Assembly: GCA_051294375.1 (NCBI GenBank)
Contig: JBJCIZ010000046.1
Location: 1-64,000 of the forward strand
Direction of reading: 5' to 3'
DNA from: Paraspadella gotoi
Taxonomy: Eukaryota; Animalia; Chaetognatha
DNA: 64,000 nt
The notes beneath the pieces were generated by a model. That model had not been told where the DNA came from and ran no database searches. It saw only the letters and a list, made by a program, of their open reading frames with translations. Each line of letters opens with the position of its first letter. The first letter of the stretch is position 1. Made by a program: the position numbers and the translations under genes. Below, piece by piece: positions 52,831 through 64,000 of the stretch.

Positions 52831-52899
52831 TCATACACGTGCAGTAAGGGTTCTATACTAACAGCAGCGGCGTTTACTGCCTCCGGCTGCTGGCTTGGC

Positions 52900-54293
52900 C
52901 GTTTCCCCGCTTGCATCCTGGGTAGCATTTGATGCTGGTCTCAAATGTCCTGTGATAGAAACAAGTCCGTACGAGATCAGGAGAGGAGTTAAAGGCATTT
53001 GAGGCTGGTCCGTGGTTTAGTTAGGGCATGCTGGCTGCCTGGGGCGCAGTTGGCCACGCGTGGAGGTCGCGGCACACACGTTGGCGTATGTGCGTGGAGC
53101 CTTATCTTCTGTGGAAGATGTATCATCCGCCAATTTGGGCGCATAATCCTCTGTCTCCGAGTCCGATAGGTCGTCCTCAAAGATGCCCCATCTGTTGGAG
53201 GTGTCGAGGTAATTGACGACTTTTCCAACTGGTTTTGAGACGATCTGAAGATCGCCTTGGGTGGAATAAAATGTGTCGGCCTTTTTGGCGATCGCCTCCG
53301 GCGTCTCGTCCCCGTCACTAACTACCCTTCCAGCCACATGGGCCGGGAGGACCTCGGCAAGGATCGCGTTGAGGATGTGGTCGATCTTGAGGGATTCGAC
53401 CTCTGCACGCAGTGCGGCCACAAACTGCAGGGAGTGCGTCCTTGGAGGAGTGATGTCCTAGGAGCCTTTGCGCCTTTTGCCGGGGCTTTTCGGCAAACAA
53501 CTCGTTAAGCTGTTTTTTCAGAGTTTGGTAACAGCCGGACACAGGGTGATCATCGGTATAAAAACCTCTGATCAGTACCTGATGCTCCTGCGGAATCGCA
53601 CTGAGAAGGTACAGCTTTTTGAGTTGTTCGTCATGAACTGAAGCGAGGCGGAAACTCCCCTTGACTGCAGCAAGCCAGGCTCGGATGTTGCTGACATCGA
53701 AAAGGCGCAACTTTGGCGTCTTCGAACGGCTGGTGGCTTGCGTCTCCAGATCCATCGGGGTTTGCGTGAGGGAGGAGGCTCCCATCGGCTGACGTCTCCT
53801 GGATGAGCTTGACCTGCATATTGACACATACGTTGGCCGATGGTACCTGTCGGCCTTGGTGCTTCCTGTAGTGACCGCTGAGCTTCCACTAGCTTTTGGA
53901 TTTCTCTTGTGAGGTGTTGGATAGAGCTTATGATGCTTTCATTTACTCTGCCTTGTTTTGCTTCCACTCCTTGATCCGGTTGCTGAACGACGTCAATAAC
54001 CCATTTGATGACCCTTGTGCGGTCGCACTTGATCCGACATTGGGTCGAGGGGGTGTGGCCAGGACTTTGGGCCTGGTCTGTGCCGGGTCGCCGCGCGGTG
54101 TCTGAAATGCGGCGTTGTCGAACTGCTCTGGTGATGGTGGCGCTGATGAAACCGGGGTGGCGGTGGAGATGGTGATAGGGGTGGTGGGGTGGCGTCCTCC
54201 ATACGGCGTCGCTTGAGGTTCCCGCAGAAGGTGAGGTCGAGGCGCGGCGTCCTCCACGTCCAGCAGGGGCTTCCATGTCCAACAGGTGTTCAT
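52900..54293 (-). pseudogene. gag: Family C gag (frameshifted)
   Basis: ORF fragments 53943-54293, 53318-53827 and 53017-53421; capsid-like RAWLAAVKGSF; C-x2-H start of a CsRn1-type CHCC motif at ~52960. Confidence 0.7.
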
Positions 54294-54944
54294 GATGGTT
54301 GTGTAGAATGTTGGCTAAAAATTTGGCTGTAAAAAATACTAATTCTGTGCCAAACAGAAAGATCAAAAATTTTTCAATCTTTTTAATCAAGAGAAAAATC
54401 CGAAAGAAAAATTTTCGCGTAATCGTTTATAGAATTAGAGCTAGCAAAATTCTCTGATGAAAATTGTTTAATACGGCGCGGTAAAATGAAAAACGCGTTG
54501 GCGAGACAGTTTTTTACATTACCGTAGGTTAAGTTTAATGAAAGTTTATTTAAACTTAGAGCTAATTTTTAAATTTTCTAAAATAAAAAAGGATAAAAAT
54601 CGATTAGGGTTAGTATCGAATTTCAAAATTAAAACAAATACAAAATCGTTGAGCTTTGATGCAGTAATCCGGGTAGGTGATGCAAAATGTTGGACGTTGG
54701 AAAAACGAAATGTAGGACGCGCGCGACTGAGAACAAATAGAAATTGCGAAAATTTTTGAAGTTTTTAAAATTTTTGAAGAAAAATGCGTTGATCGCGAAA
54801 TAGGCCGTGAAACTGAGTGAATCTTTTTCACTAATTAAACCTCCTATTTAATGACTGATGAATAAAATAATCGATCAATCACTTGATCAATCAAATCATA
54901 AATCAATTGAAAAAAAAAAGATTCAGAAGGTTACTTATCTTTTA

Positions 54945-54957
54945 GTCGGGATCACCA
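54945..54957 (-). promoter_or_regulatory. Primer-binding site, tRNA-Trp-like
   Basis: TGGTGATCCCGAC, one base after an LTR-like ..CGACA end; close to the complement of the tRNA-Trp 3' end (TGGTGACCCCGAC). Confidence 0.75.
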
Positions 54958-54958
54958 A

Positions 54959-55300
54959 TGTCGAAGACGAAGAATGTAATAATAAATATATATGCGATTT
55001 TATTCGAATACAATGAGGTTGATTCAGTACAATCATCATCAACAAACAAACAAACAAGAAGAGAGAGTGAAGAATTGTGACGATGTAAGAGAAGTAGAAA
55101 AGAAGTGAGACTAGCTATCTCCTGATCCACTTTTATCATCGCCCGGACCAACTTGACCTTACGGTCGCCTCGGCCCTATTATTGTGTCCGGTCAATCTAA
55201 GGTCATTGCCAAAGCTAGGGCAAAGTGACCGTGTGGAATAGACCGGCTCGAAGAAAGAGGAGAGAGGAAGGGTTTAGAGAGAGAGACCGGTGGTAAGTCG
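54959..55300 (-). mobile_element. Probable 5' LTR of family C (outer end unclear)
   Basis: Ends in CA next to the PBS; AATAAA at ~55000 on the - strand; abuts family A copy 3. Confidence 0.6.
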
Positions 55301-55982
55301 CTTCAATGTTTATATTGATACTAAATCTGCACGAATCCGCGAGTTGGAAGATTTTGCGGGTGACGACGTTTTTCGTTCAAAAAAGTTAAATGAATTGGGC
55401 GACGATAAAGAACAAGTTGAAGATGCTGGTTTGAAAAACGTAAGATTAAAATTAAATGGAGATTTCTCGGAAGTAAAAGCAGCTGATTCTGCTGCGTCGC
55501 AGCGTCGTGATGTTTCAACGGACAGAGCAAGGATCGGGAGTCTGGCGAAAACAAAAGACGCGGCTCGTAATCGGTATGAGTTGAGGCCTCGAAAACATGT
55601 TAATTATAAAATCTAAAATTTTCTTGTCTCATTATTCATTTGTTTCTTTAATTCATTCATTCATTCTCTCATTTAATCAATTGTCCATCTCATCTCATCG
55701 TGATTTGGCTTGTTTGTTTTTAGTTGTTTGTTTTGTCCGCTAGCAAACTTTTAATATTTTTGTAAAATACCTAAACTTTTGCTGGGGGCCATGATAGAGG
55801 TTAATTTATTAGATTAGCAAACTATGTTTGATGACATAAAACGAAAATAAACATACTAACTATATATGTGTATGTTTTGAAGCATACAAACAAATAAACA
55901 TGCTAACTAAATATGTATGTTTTGGAACATACAAACAAAAATAAACTATCTAAACTGGAAAAAAGAAAAAAAACATGCTTCA

Positions 55983-57184
55983 TTAAGTGACATTGAGTTC
56001 GACGGCGACAAGGAGATCGGCGACGACATGGACGACATCGGCGTCGGTTTGGTCGTCGTCGTCGTAGTCGCAAGGTAGGCGACGAAAGTCGATGAGGATC
56101 GGGAGCCCGTCCCCATCGATGATATGGTGAAATTCATACTGGAAAAGTAAAGACAAAAAAAATTTGTACTGAAAAACAGAATTAAAATTTAATATTAAAG
56201 TCGGAAAACTCTGATTGGGCGACTTTGATATAGATTCACTTACGCTCGCAACGTCAGAAGTAGGCGAGGGCGGCATCAGTGGCGATGGCGGCGGCGAAGG
56301 CGTAGTGGAGCGAGACCGTCATTGGCAATGGCTGCTGCTGCGATTGCTGCTTCTGCGGCTGTAGCGCCTCTTGCGGTCGAGGTGGCGTCCGAGACGGCGA
56401 CGTAGGAATAGTTTGTAGACTGGAATATTAATTGCGGTTATATAAATATATAAAAGGAATCAAAATTCTTAGTATTATATTTTAATAAAAAGGACAGAAA
56501 ACCGGACTTTTTATTTAAAACTAACAGAATCAGAGCATCATCAGAATGAGGATGACGACGACGATTGCCAGGGAGATGCCGGCCAACGAAAATGACGCTG
56601 GAGCGACGACGCCAGCCATAGTGGGCCTTGCTGCCCTTGTTAGCAGAATGGGCGTCGTTGTTATTCTTGTTGTTGTTGTTGTCGACGTGGCCCTTGTTGG
56701 CAGAAAAAATTTTGGCGACAATTTCGTCGTCGTCGTCGTCAACGTTTTCGTCACGGATGGAATTGACGTTGATACCGAGACATTTGTTGTCGTGGTAGTA
56801 GTTGTCGTTTCACTGATTGGAAAATCAACAATGAAGGCGTTAAAGTTAAGTAAACTGGTTGGTTGTAAACCATTTACAAAATATTGCCCGAAAATGAAAA
56901 TGTGCGCTCTAGAAAATCGAAATTGAAGAGAGAAGAGGTATCGACCTTGATTGATTTTTTCCAGTGGTTGTCTCCACATTCATCGAGTCGACAATGGACC
57001 CTGAGCGGGACGATGGGCCCTTTGGATGACGCGTTGGGAGGCGTACGGAGCCTTGCGTCGGCGTTGCCATGGTACGCCCCCGACCGCTAAGTTGGTTAAT
57101 GAGGCGGGCGTTGCCATTGGTGGGCGTCGTAAGATCTGACATCGGATTAGGAAGGCGAAATTTGGGTGAGACAGCGTCAGACAT
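55983..57184 (-). pseudogene. Family A antisense spliced gene, copy 3; exons 57184-56946, 56908-56526, 56419-56244, 56138-55983
   Basis: Same splice sites as copy 2; introns 37, 106 and 105 nt; a CGA>TGA stop at 56530-56532. Confidence 0.75.
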
Positions 57185-58021
57185 TGTGCACGTTAGTACA
57201 GACCCTGGTGTTCAGGCTCGGCCAACATCACTGTGGCGATGAAAGTTGCGTCGCCCGTACGAACCAGAGTGCAAGTTGGATGTGTGACCGGACTGAAACT
57301 GAGATGGTGCTGGTGCACAAGGCAAAAGTCTTATGTAGCTACTCTGGTACAAGGTGAGCCCTGGAGCGAATTCACTCAGTGCTTGGCGTTTGCGGTCATT
57401 GGAAGCGGCGAAATCTCCGTGTGTACAATTTTAGATTTGGAATTTTGACGGAAAATATTTTTTGAGGGAAAAAATATTGTTGCAACTTACAAAGTTTGAT
57501 TATTATTAAAAAAATATATAAAATAATAATACTAGAAATTTGGTGGAAAGAAGTTACTTACTTTTTGTGTTGGGCACCATTTTCGTCGTTGATCACTTGT
57601 GAGAGTGGATCAGTTTGTGGCTGGGAGGAAAACCAAGTGAAGCCCGCTTTGCTAGTGACCTTAACTTACCTAACCTTTGTTTTCTTTAGCCGAGGCCGAC
57701 GGTGGTCAGAGATTTCGTTCTGTGACGCGGTGAAAAAAGTTGTCGACAAACATTGAAAAAATAAAAATAAATAAAAAACGAAATATTTCGTTGTTGGGTT
57801 TTTAAGCAGAGAGCTGGTGATTTGAGGGGGAACAAAAGCCTGGGGGCCAGGTTAGCTGAGTTCAGAATCTATTGTTAAGTTGAGGGAGAAGAAGAGCCCG
57901 TCTGTGGATGAAGTAATGAAATTTAGTTAGTTTCCTAAGTTGTTCTGAAACGATGAGTGTTGTTAGTGAAACAATAGCATCGTGTACGATTTTAGGATAG
58001 AACGTTTTGTTTTTTTCACAG

Positions 58022-59660
58022 ATCGTCAAGTACATAGTCATGTTAGCGTCGCTCATGGGCGTTGGCGTGGCACGAATCCGTCATCTTCCTGGACGGAGTT
58101 GCCGTGGGATCGCGACCAGTGGCCAATCCCTTGGTGTAGATGGCACTGATGGGTTTCTGATTGCAATTAATTTATTACCTTCCTTTTATCTGATTATATT
58201 GTACATTATAAAAATGGCGGGGACAATGATGGGGCTGCCTGCATGTCGAGGTTAGAAAAGGGACTGAACAGCACATTTGCTGACTTACATAGTGAGCTTT
58301 ACAGTACAGTAATGAATTGAAGAGACACGTTATTACCTGAAAAATTTTGACAAATTGGAAAAGAGAGCATATCGGCGGGAGTTTTGCGCTTCTTTTGGGG
58401 ATTGCAAATGCTTTTGCCACGGGTATTCATGTGGTTAATTCTAACATTCAATATAACCATCTTGAACATAGGCTAAATTTAATTGGCAACTTTGTTGAAA
58501 AAGTTTTTTCAAATCAGGTTCAACTGAATGAAAATTAAACTTCTGTCAGACAGTCAGGACATGTTTGGGGTGCATGTGAATCTTATGGAAGGCATGTCAA
58601 TCATCTTAAGGTATTACACTCTTGTGATGTACTTGAGGTTGGCGCTCATGTAATAGCGGGAAGGCTTGTTTCTGATGGTTCGCGATAAAGAGTGCTGTGT
58701 ATGGACGTATTGACGCATGAGCTACTTGACTATGACCATTTACGGGATTTGACTACGAATGATGTTTTGCAGGAAACTATCTTTCAGGTTAGCCCAAGCA
58801 TGTTATATGATTACGCTAGGATTGACATGATTTCTTATGCTGACGGTAATTTATTATTATTGTGTAATTTTCCTAGAATAACTAAAGAATATGTTTTTAA
58901 TGTTTTTCAATTGCTGCAAAGCCCTGTTGAAATACAGTTTGAAGAAAGTAATGACGGAAGAGTTTTTTAATTCTTGACAACTAAAGATGTTTCTCTAGAT
59001 GATTTAACTACAGGGAATGTTACATTTTATTCATCTTCAAGCTGTATAACGAATAACCGAAGTTAGAGCTTGCCCAGGTGGGCCATCTGTTATTAACATA
59101 TGTTCAGTATTTTTACATTCGTTACTTATGAAATGAGGGCCTGCAGCAGTGAATTGTCATGTTAAACATATAAGCTTGATGAAAAGGTTATTCTATAAAT
59201 GTTCATGGGGAGTCATGCTGTATTAGATTTTGAATATTTGTTTAACTGATTTAATACAACTGATTTCCTGTCATTCATGAAATTGTCTATTCAGAAATAC
59301 AGATCATCACTCATGTGTTTTTTTGACCCCTGATCCCAATGTTTCATTGTTGTCTGAATCTGAAGGTATTATACATTGTTTTCTCCTATGCCTATGTTAC
59401 TTATGATCATCCGAAATTGAATGTTATTTTGAATTTTTCACATATTGTAAATTTATCTTTGCCAACTTGATTCGTCTCATGTTTTTAAACCAATTGTGTT
59501 TCCGGATACCAAAATTTTTCATAAATTCGAAGAACGGAACTGGTTATATGGTAATTTCATTGTTTGTCATTATTGGGTTTCTCTTCATTGTCGTTGCTTA
59601 TCTTGTTTATTACGTTAAATTAGAACTATTCGTGTGAGAGTCGGAAGTATCCTACTGGTG
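58022..59660 (+). pseudogene. env: Envelope-like glycoprotein, probable class I (F-type) fusion protein; frameshifted
   Basis: Acceptor tttttttcacAG at 58021; hydrophobic N-terminus; EKR followed by a fusion-peptide-like ALLLGIANAFATGI and a heptad-like segment; Cys-containing region; TM YMVISLFVIIGFLFIVVAYLVYY (~59545-59613). Fold is inferred. Confidence 0.7.
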
Positions 59661-59679
59661 TTTGAGTGCCATTTTATAG

Positions 59680-60005
59680 GGGCCATATAATTTGAAATGG
59701 ATAAATATGAAATATGGTTTAATGAAAAGATTTAGGCTGTTAATCGTACCAGCAGCCTTCATGGTTAGCGCGTGGCGTTGCTGGATTGGAGTAGCTTCAT
59801 TAACTAGTATAAAAGCGGCCCCTCAAGCGCTATCTTTTGCTCCATCCTCTCTCCGCGCTCATCTTCTGCCTACAAGCTCCTGCCTCTCACACGGTAAGTG
59901 ACCCCAAACCGTACATTCTCTATTTACATATACTATGAGCTAGAAGATATTCATTGGACTCTAATGGTTCACGTTGCTAGTAAGTTAGACTATCTATTAT
60001 TTACT
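59680..60005 (+). promoter_or_regulatory. Candidate 3' LTR of family A
   Basis: Last segment shared with copy 1 (2300-2650, which ends ..TACA); ATTGG ~59785, TATAAAAG 59808, donor G|GTAAGT 59894. No 5' LTR in the window to confirm. Confidence 0.45.
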
Positions 60006-60163
60006 TTAAAACTAAGTTCCTGAGCAGTTCAACTGGACCTAGGTTGACGCGTCACTCTCTTGGGGCCTGGAAAACCCCCATTCCAGTCCAATCCCAGACT
60101 CCGTTCCATGGCTCATAAGTGCCTCTGTTTTATATCCACGAAACATCTTCCTCCTGTTCTCAG

Positions 60164-60462
60164 ATCTTGCGAGTGCCTGCCTGCGACCCCTGCCTCCCCC
60201 CTCCTCCTCCTCCTTGATCCCTCTGCGGAAGGCTCGGACGGTCAGACCTACGCTTCCCAGTGCGAGATGCGCCAGCGGCTTGCGTCGCTCTCAAGCGCGT
60301 CGTTGTTACAGTCCGGGAAGGTGCGAGAGACCGGATATAATCGAGGAGGTGGAGGCTTCCCGGATCCGAGCGACGGAGTGGCGACAGCGGTCTCGGCTCC
60401 GGCGACGGGCGCGACGGCGTCGACGACGAGGACAATACGTTTTGCGATGACGACAATTGCAG
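60164..60462 (+). CDS. AGRN: Agrin exon: Kazal/follistatin domain plus Ser-Gly acidic linker (apparent indels)
   Basis: Acceptor cctgttctcAG; GSDGQTYASQCEMRQ; SGDSGLGSGDGRDGVDDEDNTFCDDDNC; phase-compatible with the next exon. Confidence 0.75.
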
Positions 60463-61755
60463 GTGGTGGAGATGGAAATAGGAAATGAGTTTGCGGTTGA
60501 TCTTTTTTCGTCAGAATCATTTTATCTTAAATCTCATTATCTATAGTATTTTTGAAGAGGCGGCCTTAGAGGTTAGTTGAGAGTTTTTGTGTCTAATTAT
60601 GCTTGAGGATGTAGTTGACCGATTTTCCTTGATATTGAGCAATGCAGAGGCTTTCGAGTGACTAAAAAGGTTTAATTGTGGAGGAGCCTCGCTAACTTCT
60701 TTGTCGACTGAAAGAGGCGTTGAGTTCGAATGAAGTTTTTTTTTTTCTCAGTGCGATAATAATTAACAGAACAGAGGATAAGAAATCTATCTTGACGTCA
60801 CTTTTTTCAAAAGCTTTTAAGAAAACGTAATTTTTGAATTAAAACTGTACATTTTTTTACTCGAATCTCCAGAAAAATCTTTTAATTTTAATATTTTATA
60901 ATAGCGGTTAATACGTCTCATCTGCCGTCCTTTTCAGCTTTTCAACGGAAATTCGATTACAGTTTTTTTTTCTTCTTAAAAATATTAATAAAATAAAAAA
61001 AAAAACTTGTTCAACTCATCTTCCCTTGTTTGCTTTGCCTTAAGATTCTAAGCTTGAATTTCCAGTGCCGATTTTAAAAAAATCCCAACTTTTTTTATAG
61101 TCCTGTATTAGCTTTTACTGACTTTTCCCTCTTTTTTTTTTACCTACCGTAAGCCATTACACGTTTTACTTTCCGCCGCAACTCGGTGCAATCATCCTTT
61201 TGCCAGCCAACCCTCCATTTCTCTTTAAATCCCCGCCCAAAAAAATCTCATTCTCCTTCGATAGTTTTTTTTTTTTTCTCGGAAAAGTCTGTTCTTACGG
61301 CTTCTCTTCTTCTTCCTTCCCGTTTAAGAGAATCGAACCATTAGTTTTCATTCTTTTCCATTTTTTATCTCTCATTCTCTTATCGTTTACGTTTTCTTCC
61401 TTTTGATTTGTTTTATCTTAATTCTTTCTAGTTTCAAATTTGTTTCTAAACTCTTAGTAAATAAGGATTTACTATTTTTTTTACTACTAAGGTAACTCAA
61501 ATCTTCTAGAGACAAGACGGCGAAGAGAACGAACGAGCGAAATACGAGAAGACTTCGACGTCGTCTTTTACTTTATCAAACTTTTTGGGTAGTACATCGT
61601 TCCCTCCATAGATACGCCATGTTTTAACAACGCATATATGGCGTGAAGTCCATCGGATCTTCCTTTATTTTCTTTCCTCGTAGCACTCATGATTAATTAC
61701 CTCCATCCCTTCGATTTTCCCCCTCGCCCAACTTCTTCCCGAAAATCCTATCCAG

Positions 61756-61988
61756 ATTCGGCGGCATCTGCGAGCGTCGCCGCGGACGCGTCGCCTGCAC
61801 CTGCGACTTCGACTGCATCGAGAACTTCGGGCGGCGCGTGTGCGGCACCGACGGGCGGGTGCATCGCAGCAGCTGCCACATGCGCGAACGAAGCTGCCGC
61901 AGACAACGAGAGATCGTGGAACAGGATATGGCGCTGTGTCGGAGGGCGGGGGACGAGGACGACGAAGATGGGGACGATGAAGATGGAG
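61756..61988 (+). CDS. AGRN: Agrin exon: follistatin/Kazal domain
   Basis: tccAG|..FGGICERRRGRVACTCDFDCIENFGRRVCGTDGRVHRSSCHMRERSC..|GTGAG; open frame, phases 2 and 1. Confidence 0.88.
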
Positions 61989-62104
61989 GTGAGAGAGAGA
62001 GAGAGAGAGAGAGATAATATTGTTTGTTTTAAAAATGAAAAGATGGCCGAGGATCTCGTTCACATTCTTCTTTTCTTTCTCACCTTTCCTCCCCTTTCCT
62101 CCAG

Positions 62105-62296
62105 CACCCCCCACCCCTAAACCTCCTTTCCGCGCCGACTGCGCCGCGTCCCGCTTCGGCTGCTGCCCCGAGGACGGTCTCACACCGGCGCGCGGCCCTT
62201 CCGGCGCCGGATGCCCGCGCCATTGCGGCTGCAACAAACTCGGCGCCTACGACGCCACCTGCGATCCTTCGACGCGACAGTGCTCCTGCAAACCGG
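62105..62296 (+). CDS. AGRN: Agrin exon: Cys-rich linker and first laminin-type EGF domain
   Basis: CAASRFGCCPEDGLTPARGPSGAGCPRHCGCNKLGAYDATCDPSTRQCSCKPG matches the agrin C..YGCC.D....A.G....GCP..C.CN..G....CDP..GQCSC.PG pattern; AG/GTGAG borders. Confidence 0.92.
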
Positions 62297-62954
62297 GTGA
62301 GGAGGAGCGATTCAATGTAAAGTAAGGTTGACCCTCATTTGTTTAGTTTTAATAATGTTAACGTTTATAAATTGTGGTTTCTTAAATTCATAATTTTTTT
62401 AAAAAAATGCGGACATGTTTCTTCATCAGCGCGTAATTAGACTTAAAAAAAATAGTGTCGTAACCTGTCCCTTTTTTTGATAAATAAGCCCGTTCTTAGT
62501 AAACAAATAGACTTTGTTTTCTCTCTAACTTAAAACGCAACGAAAAGAAAGTCTTAACACAAGTACTTCAGGTAGAATTTCTGTAAACAGCGTCATTGCG
62601 GCAGACTTATGTTTTACGTAACTTTTGCCAAATAAGTTGTCTGAGAGCTTCATTCGAATCGAGGCGTGTATTATCGATAAATCGCTTTGTCGCTTTGTAT
62701 TTTTCTTTGTCGCTTTCTTCGCTGTTGTCCTTTTCGATCGCCGTCTGAAAGGTTTTACGTCATTGATTTCTTACGTAAGCGATCCAAGTTTATTTTCTTC
62801 TACGAATGACTGGAGTTTTATAGTTTACTATTCGCCATTCGATTCTCTTTTGTTTTCTTTGCGGATTTTCGTTTTTCTTCGTCTCAATCGCATCCCCGCC
62901 GAGACGACAAGAGGTCTTGCGCTCATAAATCGAGCAGAGAAAAAACCATTTTGA

Positions 62955-62955
62955 C

Positions 62956-63048
<93 letters not shown>

Positions 63049-63526
63049 CATAGAAAAGCTCATCGGAAAACCGTTTCGTCGACGGCCGTGCTGAGCCTCT
63101 TTTTCTTCTATTTCGACGCGAGGGTCAAGAAATTTTAATCTGTCTCTGTCTGTCTTTGTCTGTCTCTCTGCCTTTCAGTGCGAACCAAAACTCTCTCCGT
63201 GAGTCTCTGCTTCTGACTCCCTCTCTAACTGCTTCTGTCTTTTGTTTCTGTCTCTCTCACACTCTCTTTCTCCCTCCCTCCTGGCGCGATCGATAGAAAT
63301 GACGAGGATATTCTCCAACATCCTCGTGGGAGTCCCCCGTCTATTTTGACGCAGCTTCTCCAGAACATTTCACCGCCCACGAGAATCCTTTCCTTTGACC
63401 TTTATTGCTTTTCCCCCAACGTGATACAGGGTCGTTATTACTCTCCACTTCGCCCTAACGTCGCGATGAAAAATGAAGGCCTCATTATCGCGAGGAATAC
63501 ATACGGGAACGACCGAAAATCGCTCT

Positions 63527-63612
<86 letters not shown>
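62955..63612. repeat. Intronic (GA)n (~62955-63048) and (CT)n (~63523-63612) microsatellites
   Basis: Seen directly. Confidence 0.9.
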
Positions 63613-63615
<3 letters not shown>

Positions 63616-64000
63616 GGATCCCTTTTTCCCGCTTTCGAGATAAATGGCTCCATGACCGCAGACAGGGAGACACTTCCTCTTTTCCCTTTATTATTCCTTC
63701 CCTCCATCTTTTCTCTCTCTCTCCTGTTAAGGAGCGGCCCTTTCTATTCCCTTATCTTGGCCTCCACGTCTTCCTTTGCGGACAGGTGATAAACGATTCC
63801 AAGCTAAAAACAGAGACGAATACTTTTTTTTTCTTTTACTTTCTTTTTTTTTTATCGAAACCCACCCTGTAATTTATCCAGATGGTCACGCGCGTAACCC
63901 TAGACGCGACCTCTGGCGGCAAGAATGGCGAAACCGACTTCTGGCCTCATCTTGGACGAAGATAAAAGGATAAATAAATGAAAAATGAAGAGGAGAATTA

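Larger units (their letters stand above)
50525..55300 (-). mobile_element. Gypsy family C, CsRn1-like, internally deleted
   Basis: LTR end ..GACA plus Trp-like PBS; Gag with LFDVSNIRAWL and LCFYH; degenerate protease (LVERGASV, PILGADF); RT FVYLDDILV; integrase. Confidence 0.88.
55304..60005 (+). mobile_element. Gypsy family A copy 3, 3' half (integrase end, antisense gene, full env, candidate 3' LTR)
   Basis: Collinear with 30175-33418 and with the reverse complement of 2300-7922. Confidence 0.88.

Noticed and set aside
53572-54390. 272-aa ORF as an extra gene in family C
   Set aside because: It overlaps frameshifted gag pieces in other frames and is best explained as part of broken gag.

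Overview
Metazoan (invertebrate-type) genomic DNA from a gappy, partly error-prone assembly. About 55 kb is a nest of Ty3/Gypsy LTR retrotransposon copies from three families, plus GA/CT microsatellites and a TTAA-flanked DNA transposon. The last 4 kb holds three + strand exons of agrin (Kazal/follistatin, Ser-Gly site, laminin-EGF). Families B (tRNA-Leu-like PBS) and C (CsRn1-like, tRNA-Trp-like PBS, RNase H deleted) are ordinary decayed elements. Family A (five substantial partial copies plus a fragment) is the unusual one: gag with a ZZ/C1-like zinc finger, pol (PR-RT with FIDD-RH-IN), a probable class I fusion env behind a strong splice acceptor, and, between pol and env, an intron-containing gene on the opposite strand. 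That gene splices into a ~322-aa protein with a Thr-rich stalk, one transmembrane helix, a basic stop-transfer segment and an acidic tail. Its exon lengths differ between copies only by multiples of 3, while the two longer introns differ by 2 and 7 nt. No family A copy is complete, and many frameshifts may be sequencing errors, so boundaries are approximate. No database searches were run.
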